From positions 1-16,471 of the forward strand of contig JBHGNT010000747.1 in assembly GCA_043228905.1 (NCBI GenBank): DNA of 16,471 nucleotides, written 5' to 3'. The first letter of the stretch is position 1. Each line of letters opens with the position of its first letter. The DNA comes from Azolla caroliniana (Eukaryota; Plantae; Polypodiophyta). Under the pieces are notes generated by a model. The model made no database searches. It was not told where the DNA came from and was given only the letters and a program-made list of their open reading frames with translations. The position numbers were made by a program, and so were the translations under genes. Shown piece after piece: positions 1-8,043 of the stretch.

Positions 1-2713
1 AAATGCCTTCGGTCGGATGGCGGAAAGGAATATTTTTCCGGCCAATTCACTAGTTATCTGCAGCAGAAGGGAATTCGGCGAGAGTTCAGCTGCAGATACA
101 CACCGGAGCAAAACGGTGTGGCCGAAAGGAAGAACCGGACACTCGTCGAAGCGGCAAGGGCAATGCTGGAGGAGAGGAGCATGCCCCGGTTCTATTGGGC
201 GGAGGCGGTCCGGACGACCGTCTACATACAAAACCGCATTGGTGACAAGGTGTCAGCTCATGAGCTGTATTTCGGGCGCAAGCCAAACTTAAGACACCTT
301 CGGATATTCGGCAGCATAGCGTATGTGCATGTGCCGGATCAGAAGCGGAGAAAGCGGGATACAAAATCGGAAAAATGCATCCTAGTCGGCTATGATCAAG
401 AGCAAAAGGGGTATAAGTGCTATAACCCCTGGACGAAGGAAGTCCGAGTTAGCCGGGATGTCGAGTTCGATGAATCGGCATCCTGGTACTCCGTACCGAC
501 TCCGACTTCCGATCCCGACCCAATGCCGGAAGATCAGGCCAGTGAGCCTGAATCAGCCCTGGCAGAGGATGATGAAGCCGGGACTCAAGATGAGAGTCCA
601 GAATCGTTACGGTTGAGTGGACCGAATGAGCGACTGAGTCGGTTGGACCAGTCGGATAGAGAGACGGCAAGTGGTGGAGACTCTGTCGTGCTCTCCCCGA
701 GCAAGGAATCGAGGAAACGGTTCACGCACAAAGAGAAGGGGAAGAGGAAGATGCCGGAATTTGAAACCAGCAACGATGAGCCGGATCGGTGCGTATCCGA
801 CTCCGGAAAGGAGAAAGGCGGATCTTCGGCAACGAAGACCGAACTGGCCAAAAAGGGCCGCAAATCAGGTGACGGTGCGTTGCGCCGATCAACCCGCCAG
901 AAGGATCCCGTCATGTGGTACGGGTACAATGAATGCATGGCGCATCATTATGCGTACATGACTAAGGTGACAGAAGTGTGTGAGCCGGAGAGCTACGCAG
1001 AAGCGGCAAAGAACGCAAATTGGCGTGCCGCTATGGACGAAGAAATGCGGGCACTCGTTGCCAACAAAACTTGGGACCTAGTTGATCCTCCTCGTCACTG
1101 TAAACCGATTGGATGCAAGTGGGTGTACAACGCCGACGGTTCTGTTAACCAGTACAAAGCCCGGTTAGTGGCGAAGGGATACGCGCAGACCCACGGAATC
1201 GTCTACGACGAGACCTTCGCTCTTGTGGCGAAGATGACGAGGGTTCGTGTGGTACTGGCGGTTGCTATGGCAAGGGGGTGGCATCTTTACCAGATGGATG
1301 TGAAGAACGCCTTCCTTCAAGGAGAGCTTGAAGAAGAAGTCTTTATGACTCAGCCCCCTGGATTTCAATCGGAGATGAACAAGTCAGCGGTATGCCAATT
1401 GAAGAAGTCGCTTTACGGCTTGAAGCAAGCCCCCCGAGCCTGGAACGCGAAGATCACGCACCGGTTGCGTAAGCTGGGGTTTGCTGTCTCTAAGTCGGAC
1501 TTTCGTTGTTCATCCGGCAAGGCTCTGACGGTCCGGTATGTATACTCTTGTATGTGGATGATTTAGTCATCACCGGACCGGGTCTTCCCGAAATCAACCG
1601 CGTCAAGTCCCAGTTGTCGGAAGCATTCGAAATGAAGGACTTGGGGGACCTTCATTATTTTCTTGGGATCGAAGTAATCCGGACCCCGGACGGCATATTG
1701 CTCTCACAACGACATTACGTGTTGAATATGTTGTATAAGTTCGGCATGACGGATTGCCGACCTGTCTCCACACCCCTGGACCGGAACCAGAAGCTTTGTC
1801 CCAACTCCGGACCGGCCTGCAATGAGAAACGGTTCCGACAGGTGGTCGGTAGCCTGATTTACTTAACCATCACCCGACCCGACATCAGCTATCCGGTCGG
1901 CATGGTAAGTCAGTTCATGCAGAAGCCGACCGTGGAGCACCTTCAGTGCGCGCAACGAATATTACGGTATGTCAGCGGCACTAAGGACCGGGGACTGCTA
2001 TACCGGCGAGGTATACCCGAAGAGCTTGTCAGTTACACAGATGTTGACTGGGCCGGCAATGCATCTGATCGCCGCTCCACTTCTTGATACATGTTCTCCA
2101 TAGGTAGCGCGGCCGTTGCGTGGAGCAGCAAGAAGCAGCCCACAGTGGCTTTGTCAAGCACTGAGGCTGAGTACCGGGCCGCTACCGTTGCCACTTGTGA
2201 AGCCATCTGGCTTTGTCAAGCACTGAGGCTGAGTACCGGGCCGCTACCGTTGCCACTTGTGAAGCCATCTGGCTTCGGCGACTGCTGCGAGACTTGCGGA
2301 TCGAGGTATCGACCCCGATCCCGATTTACTGCGACAACATGAGCAGCCTACAGCTCGCCAGGAACCCTGTGTTCCATGCTCGCACAAAGCACATCGAGGT
2401 GCACTACCACTTCGTGCGTGAGCGGGTCCTGAGCGGTGAAGTTGACCTACGCTATGTTCATACGGATCGGCAAGTTGCCGACATCTTCACCAAGCCGCTC
2501 GGATCAGACAAGTTGCAACACTTTACCGACATGCTTGGTGTTCAGCATCTCGACGTGCCGTACTTGAGGGGGAGAAGCAAGGGCAAAGTCTCTACCGAAA
2601 CGGGCAAAGGCCACAAAACTGTTGAACCCGTCGGTAAGTTGAGAGCCGGAAGAAGAGGAGACAAGAAGATGAAGGAAACCGAGTTGACGAAGGAAGTCGA
2701 CACATCCGAATAG
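1..2713 (+). pseudogene. pol: Copia A pol (integrase core, RT, RNase H), disrupted
   Basis: Frame open from base 1: [11 protein letters not shown]...[15 protein letters not shown] (INT); [41 protein letters not shown] (RT); SSKKQPTVALSSTEAEY, HARTKHIEVHYHFVRE, ADIFTKPL (RNase H). Lesions: frameshift near 1501, TGA at 2085-2087, 62-bp duplication at 2146-2275. Confidence 0.95.
2146..2275 (+). repeat. Perfect 62-bp tandem duplication in RNase H
   Basis: 2146-2207 is identical to 2208-2269; TGGCTT occurs at 2146, 2208 and 2270. Confidence 0.97.
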
Positions 2714-3472
2714 GTCGGAGCAAGCGGCTGTGAAGAAGAGTTGTGCACTCAGGAAGAGAAGTGCATGCTGTGTGGAGGTCATCACGACGGTACTGACCAT
2801 GATGCGGAGTCGAATGAAGAATTCGATTTCGGTTCACCGGCTAAAGAAGCTGAGGGAAGCATGGAGAAGGCCAAGACTCGGAAGTGGTCCGATGTGGTGA
2901 GAGGCCTGAAGCCGGAAGTCGAATCGGAGTGTACCGATTCGGACAACAGCTGGAACGAGTCGGAGACAGCTGACTCGGATCAACAGATGGATCTGGACGA
3001 GTCGGATTGTCTGAAGGCCAAGGGGACACGGACACAGCGGAAGTCAATGCCATCGTGTGAGAACCGACGGATCGGCAAACGCCGGAGTCACAGCAACGTG
3101 AGTGCTGAGATGGGCCTAGTGAGCAGACATGCCGACCGAGAGGGTCGAGGTCTGCAGAACCAAAGGAGTCGCGGCAAACGGGACCGGACCGGACGAGGAG
3201 CGCGAGCAAGGCGGAGTGACGCCAGGAGAAGTCAGTTGGAAGACCGACTGCCACAAAGGTCGACACTACGACCCCACCTCAGGTTGAGCTTGAGGGGGAG
3301 TGTTGAACGGCAAGCTCAACCGGAGCCGGATCGGCTGAATAAGCCGGAGCCGGTAAGCGAGATGGATTGGGCAAAATGGATCGGTATTATGGTGAGCAAC
3401 CGAACCGGCAAGCAGTGGAGGCCGGGTGCAATCCGTAACCGGAAGTCCAATCGGACGCCTAGCATAGGATAG
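2714..3472 (+). CDS. Possible extra ORF or C-terminal pol extension of Copia A (acidic then basic, low complexity; function unknown)
   Basis: Same frame as RNase H, separated by one TAG (2711-2713); about 250 codons without a stop; runs through the PPT into the LTR. Confidence 0.4.
   Translation, partial: VGASGCEEELCTQEEKCMLCGGHHDGTDHDAESNEEFDFGSPAKEAEGSMEKAKTRKWSDVVRGLKPEVESECTDSDNSWNESETADSDQQMDLDESDCLKAKGTRTQRKSMPSCENRRIGKRRSHSNVSAEMGLVSRHADREGRGLQNQRSRGKRDRTGRGARARRSDARRSQLEDRLPQRSTLRPHLRLSLRGSVERQAQPEPDRLNKPEPVSEMDWAKWIGIMVSNRTGKQWRPGAIRNRKSNRTPSIG
3289..3300 (+). other. Polypurine tract of Copia A
   Basis: CTTGAGGGGGAG immediately precedes TGTTG, the canonical Copia PPT/LTR junction. 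Confidence 0.92.
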
Positions 3473-3563
3473 ACTACTAGGTAGCTATAGTCTCGTAGTA
3501 AGTGTCAGATGCTCATGTGAGCATTGAAGTACATGGTACTTCTGTCAGTCCCAAGAGGACTTG

Positions 3564-3571
3564 TATAAATA
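3564..3571 (+). promoter_or_regulatory. TATA box of LTR A
   Basis: TATAAATA at the position expected near the U3/R boundary. Confidence 0.7.
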
Positions 3572-3629
3572 GTGCTACTTAGCACAGTGTGTGTACAAAG
3601 TTTTAATATAATTTTGAAATTGTGTTCTG

Positions 3630-3655
<26 letters not shown>
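3630..3655 (+). repeat. (CT)13 microsatellite in LTR A
   Basis: Read directly from the sequence. Confidence 0.95.
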
Positions 3656-3661
<6 letters not shown>

Positions 3662-3698
3662 TCTCTGTTTTACGCTTCCGCAAACACTTACGTTCACA

Positions 3699-5636
3699 GG
3701 CTTACTGCCGGTCCATATTTCCTGAGGTATTTGAAGTCCTAAAGGTCTACTTGGCGACATATTTATTATGTGTACTGCCATAAGTAGAGCCTCCACCCAT
3801 AAGCCATCCGACAGTCCGGAGTGTTGGAGCATGGATACTACGCGTTCTTGAATCGTTCGATTCATGCGTTCAACAATTCCGTTCTGCTACGGACTATAGG
3901 GTGCCGTATATTCACGTCGAATGCCGCATTCCCGACAGAATTTGACGAATTCTTCAGACTTGAATTCTCCTCCATTGTTAGTTCGGAGACATTTCAGTTT
4001 TCGACCGGTCTGATTTTCGACCATTGCAAGCCATTCAGAAAAGGTCGAGAACACCCAATCTTTGGTTCTGATGGGGTAAGCCCACACCTTCCGAGTCGAG
4101 TCGTTAATAAAACTGACGAAGTACGAAGCACCGCCGATAGACTGATGTGGCATCGGGCCACAGACGTCCGAGTGGACCAAATCGAGGGGACTCGATTCTC
4201 TTGGTGCTGATGTCGGGTGTGATGTGGCTACCTATTTGCCGTACTGGCAATGCTCGTAGAATTGGTGATCCAAGAAGGAGAGTTTGGGGATGTAATCGGC
4301 TCTGGATAGGTGCGTTATGCCGGCCTTGCTGAGGTGTCCAAGTTGTCTGTGCCATAACGATGACACAGGGATATCAACCAAAAATAAGACACCCTCTTTG
4401 AGTGTGACATATAAAGGATACAAGGAATGTAACTTTGGTCCTCGAGCAAGCAGGAGGTTCCCTTTGTGGAGTGTCCACCCTCCTGATGAGAATCCAGCAT
4501 GGATACCAGCTTCGTCAAGTTGTCCGACTGAGATCAAGGGTCTTGAAAGCTCAGGAACATGTCGGACGTTGTGTAGTATGAGTGTAGAGCCTCCCGAAAG
4601 ATTGAGCTCTACGATGTTGATTTCGATTATAGCACAGTGCTACGAGTTTCCGACTCGAAGTGAGTTGGAGTGCTGGTCTGAGTTTTGCCAAAACTGAGAT
4701 CGGTGAGGTGTCACATGATACGATGCGCCCGAGTCCAGGAGCCATGTGCTCGATTCCTCAGTCGTAAGCAGAACTTTTGATTCGACTAGGTTCTCCATGG
4801 ACAGTATGTTCGGGTCTGTCGTCAAAATTTCGACTGAAGAGCCGACATAGTTGAACTCCTCATGCCAACTACTGTTCTGATCCGCTCTCTGAGCTTTGTC
4901 AGTTTTTGCTTTGAGTGCTCGGCAGTCGGCTTTGATGTGTCTCAGTTTCTTGCAGTAGTTGCAGATTCGGTTGTCCCGGGACTTGCTCCAGCTTCGCTGA
5001 TTTTTCGGCGGTTGGGAAGAACTTCTGCCCCGGTTGTTCGATCGGTCGGTTGAACCTTGTACTACATAAGCTTCATCTGCCGAGTCTTTGGCGAAAGACT
5101 TTCCCCGAGCTGCTTCAGTCAAGATTGCGCTCATGACTTTGGAGTACTTAACTGCAGTTGTTGAAGCATTGCACACGGTTGTAACAAAGGTTTCCCATGA
5201 AGAGGGGAGACTACTCATGAGTATCATTGCTCTGAGTTCATTCTCGATTGCCGTCCCCTGAGATGAGGTGTGCCTAAACCGAATCAGATTCTTTCATCCG
5301 CAAGTTGTACAGGCGCCGGATCAGATACATCTTCGTTGCGGCAACCTTCTTTTCATAAGTTTCCGACAGTGTTTTCCAAAGTTCAAATGTTGTTGTGCAT
5401 GATTGCACTGTGAAGTACATTGACTCCGACAAGTGCATCCGAATCGTGGCGCGGACGATTCTGTCCAGCTTCAGCCACTCGTTTGCCTTGTATGCTTCTG
5501 GAGGATTTTCATTCTCAATCGGGTCTATTTGACCCTTGACTATGAGATAGTCCTGCATTTGTTCCTTCCAAAAGTTGAAGTTCGAACCGTCGAACATCCT
5601 TAGACTCATCTCCGATGAGCCGGATGTTGATGCCAT
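3699..5636 (-). pseudogene. Copia B gag-pol (gag, zinc knuckle, protease, integrase), disrupted
   Basis: FDGSNFNFWKEQMQDYL (gag N-terminus), LMSSLPSSWETFV, CNYCKKLRHIKADC (Cx2Cx4Hx4C), WLLDSGASYH (protease), LWHRQLGH, VHSDVCGPM, KLKCLRTNNGGEF, MNRTIQERV (INT). Split by stops and frameshifts; some catalytic Asp positions appear changed to Asn. Confidence 0.93.
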
Positions 5637-6200
5637 CTGCTTCGGTTTCGGTTGGTAAGACTCGGTTCGGAGTTGACTACGAACCTTAGTGGGGTGCAGC
5701 CGGTCGGCTCACCCGATATCGTTCTAGTCGGTTTTGAGCCCGAGTCGGTTTGGTTTCGAATACTTGTTGCTGAACTTGCTCGTAGTGACTCCGGTAACTT
5801 GAGGGACAGAACCGGCTGGTCTTCCTGAATGTTGCCCAGTCGGAGTGAGCCCGGTTAGCTTCCGATTGTATGCCGAATACCGATTACACGAAACCGATTG
5901 TTTGGGCCGATTTTGCTTCGGATGAATTCAGCGATGAGAGGGACGGATCCAACTGATCCTCCCAAATGTCGATCAACCGAGTGAAGCACGAAGTGGTTTG
6001 TTGTTGCTCAAGGAGCTCCCCTCAAGCGGTTACAATCACAAGAATAGAGTACAACCGACTGGTTTACTCCAATTTGTGATTTAACACAATGAGATGTGAG
6101 CTTTTTGTTTTTCTTCTCCCTTCTCTGTTCTTCAAAGAAAACGAAAACAGAATGTTGTGTTGTGCGAGGATGGCCGGCAGCAGGTTGAAGAACCTCCAAC

Positions 6201-6212
6201 GCTCTGATACCA
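6201..6212 (-). other. Primer-binding site (initiator tRNA-Met) of Copia B
   Basis: Minus strand reads TGGTATCAGAGC, 2 nt after the LTR end ...CCCCAACA. Confidence 0.95.
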
Positions 6213-6214
6213 AC

Positions 6215-6517
6215 TGTTGGGGACAAGGCCGTCAATGCAGAAGTGCAAGCAACATTCGTGATGAAGGAATCTATGTATGCATGAGCAAGATAGACACAGA
6301 GGGAGAGAGAGAGAGAGAGAGAGAGGCACAAAGGAATCGTTACATTCCAATAGCAACAATTACAAATGACAACCAACCTTCACTAAAGATTACAAAGTCA
6401 CTTTATATAGTGACTATCCTAGGGCAACTGCCCTTTATACTATTTACAGAAATAGCCTGAACTTGGGCTGTCCAAAGGGACAGTGTGAATACGGCCATTA
6501 TACACTCGTATTCGACA
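6215..6517 (-). repeat. 5' LTR of Copia B (303 bp)
   Basis: Minus strand TGTCGAA...CCAACA; TATATAA at 6409-6403; (GA)11 at 6303-6324; adjacent to the PBS; Gypsy C sequence begins at 6518. Confidence 0.88.
6303..6324 (+). repeat. (GA)11 microsatellite in LTR B
   Basis: Read directly; (CT)n in the element's sense strand. Confidence 0.95.
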
Positions 6518-7005
6518 CGGTCTTCGTTCTCCTCTTCGTCCCTTTGTACTTCTCCCGAACTCTTCGTCTCCCTCCTGCTGTGTTCCCGCAATCCTGTCCC
6601 CAAAACCGAGCCTTGCCGACTCTCTTTCCCATTTGACCTCTTCCCGTTGTGATGGCGCGCCGTCGCGCGCCTTCCTCCTAGCCTTCTCGGCTCACTCGTC
6701 ATCTAGCCGTTGGCATACCCTTCCGACCTTTGACTAGTCCTTCGTAAGGCCATTTGCTCCATCCTTGTCTTCGAGCTCCATCCCAACGGCCTCTCGTTCC
6801 GCTCGGTCGATCCACCTAACGAACAACAGACGAACTCCAGCCTCAACGCCTCGCCTATGTCTCGCTCCTCCATTTCCGCGTTGTAGGCTTCCAAGTAGAA
6901 TGGGACTTTGTCCTCGTGAAACGGTGTCATGAAGATCCGTCACTAGGCGCGAATTGTGAGGCGGAACCGCCGGGGTTCTGGACCGGAAGGATTTGAAGTC
7001 GGTAC
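6518..7005 (-). pseudogene. Relic Ty3/Gypsy gag fragment (element C), internally deleted
   Basis: FHEDKVPFYLEAYNAEMEERDIGEALRLEF aligns by eye with D gag FDGRNVTKFLDAYKREMNQRDMSEARQIASF. In another frame LFVRWIDRAEREAVGMELEDKDGANGLTKD*SKVGRVCQRLD aligns with D YFLKAVDMKDRRELRTLLEDDTQANRLVADWIAVKRACNRLD. The right boundary is approximate. Confidence 0.8.
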
Positions 7006-7390
7006 AAGCTTTAGTGAGGAAGTATTTAAGATAGGTTGGGAAAGAGAGAAATTGAGAATAAATGCTTGACTTTAGATTGAGAGAGATTGATTGAACTGTT
7101 ATCTTAAGATTTAAGAAACAAGTTACACGATCAATTCGATAACGAATTTTCTTCTTCTTAATTTCATAACCAAAAGAGCCTAACCCTTCTTCTTTTTCAT
7201 CCCTTCTTTTATAGATGCTCTCATGCATATGATGCATGAGAGGGTACAAGACATGCATAAAATACATGTTTGCCATTTGGCACTCATGTATTACATGTGG
7301 TGCATGATAACCATGTCACTCATTTTTAGCTCTCATGTATGTGAATTTACATGTAAAAGGTCAATGATAGAAATATAAATTCAACTAAAT

Positions 7391-7470
7391 GTCATGACTT
7401 AGTGGTAAGCCTATTGACTCTTGACTAGGAGGTGCAAGGTTTGAAAGGTTCGAATCCTTACTTGCCTTCC
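7391..7470 (+). pseudogene. tRNA-derived sequence (tRNA-Lys(CTT)-like pseudogene or SINE head)
   Basis: A-box-like TGACTTAGTGG at 7395-7405, B-box GGTTCGAATCC at 7447-7457, T-arm AAGG-TTCGAAT-CCTT, anticodon-like GACTCTTGA. No good acceptor or anticodon stem. Confidence 0.6.
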
Positions 7471-7473
7471 TTG

Positions 7474-7505
7474 TATATATATATGTACTATATATATATA
7501 TATAT
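7474..7505. repeat. Interrupted (TA)n microsatellite
   Basis: Read directly from the sequence. Confidence 0.9.
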
Positions 7506-7521
7506 TAATTTGGTCATCGGA

Positions 7522-7971
7522 TGTCGGATGCCGCCGGTTGCCACCGGTCGCTGGATGCCGAATTGCCAGTTACCGTCCACTTCCGTTTTGGTTGGCCAAA
7601 ACCTTTATGAGTGGCTAGGCCACCTCCACTCTTAGTTCAAGTTACCTTAAACTCTCTATGCTCCACACATAGACACAAAGATAATAACTTTTGCTCTACC
7701 TTATATATGGTGAGAGCCTTATTCGTGCTATCTATCTGGGATATCTCACAATTTTCTCTTTTCCTTTCGCAACTTCTTACCCACATAAGTTGACACTTAG
7801 ATGTTTGTTTCTTATGTAGTAAAGTGCATCTCTTCAAGATCTTCGTCTTTTGTACTAAGATATTAAACTTACTTAGAATTAGTATATTCACTATTATTGT
7901 TTTATATGATTGACACGTGATTTCGTACGTCTTATGTGATTTTCACACTATTGCCGAAAATCTTCACGACA
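7522..7971 (-). repeat. 3' LTR of Gypsy D (start at 7971 firm, end uncertain)
   Basis: Starts TGTCGTGAAGA directly after the PPT, the same 11 nt as LTR E; TATATAA at 7707-7701. Candidate end ...ATCCGACA at 7522 resembles the LTR E end ...ATCCCGACA, but the LTR may instead be truncated. Confidence 0.6.
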
Positions 7972-7983
7972 TCCACCCCCACC
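7972..7983 (-). other. PPT of Gypsy D
   Basis: GGTGGGGGTGGA abutting TGTCG. Confidence 0.85.
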
Positions 7984-8043
7984 AAAGCGCACGTCCTCCG
8001 GTACATGCCAAGAAGAGAGAAAGTGAGATTTCGGCTATGGTCA

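Larger units (their letters stand above)
1..3698 (+). mobile_element. Ty1/Copia LTR retrotransposon A, 3' part (5' end lies outside the window)
   Basis: Domain order INT-RT-RNaseH; PPT at 3289-3300 abuts a TG...CA LTR; the right junction interrupts the integrase of element B. Confidence 0.95.
3301..3698 (+). repeat. 3' LTR of Copia A (398 bp)
   Basis: Starts TGTTGAACG and ends CGTTCACA (imperfect terminal inverted repeat); TATAAATA at 3564-3571; (CT)13 downstream; Copia B coding sequence resumes at 3699. Confidence 0.9.
3699..6517 (-). mobile_element. Ty1/Copia LTR retrotransposon B (Tork/Tnt1-like), 5' half
   Basis: 5' LTR, Met-i PBS, ~560-nt leader, gag, CCHC knuckle, protease, GAG-pre-integrase and integrase core; cut by element A at ...IWTGSKP. 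The lineage call is from recalled similarity to Tnt1/Tto1 gag. Confidence 0.93.

Noticed and set aside
2575-3288. Old LTR or env gene between the two PPT copies
   Set aside because: No TG start, TATA box or similarity to LTR A; the peptide is hydrophilic with no transmembrane segment.
3445-3585. CRISPR-like array
   Set aside because: The palindromes do not form a repeated unit with spacers, and the context is a eukaryotic LTR.
6016-6026. PPT-like CTTGAGGGGAG on the minus strand in the B leader
   Set aside because: Not followed by TG or an LTR; a single short match.
6008-6460. ORFs with SLSLSL or ERERER tracts (also 3575-3698)
   Set aside because: Translations of LTR microsatellites.
6734-7276. 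180-aa minus-strand ORF as a host gene
   Set aside because: It joins AT-rich spacer sequence to out-of-frame and in-frame pieces of the C gag relic.
7391-7470. Functional tRNA gene
   Set aside because: Acceptor and anticodon stems do not pair, there is a 9-bp duplication, and no oligo-T terminator follows.
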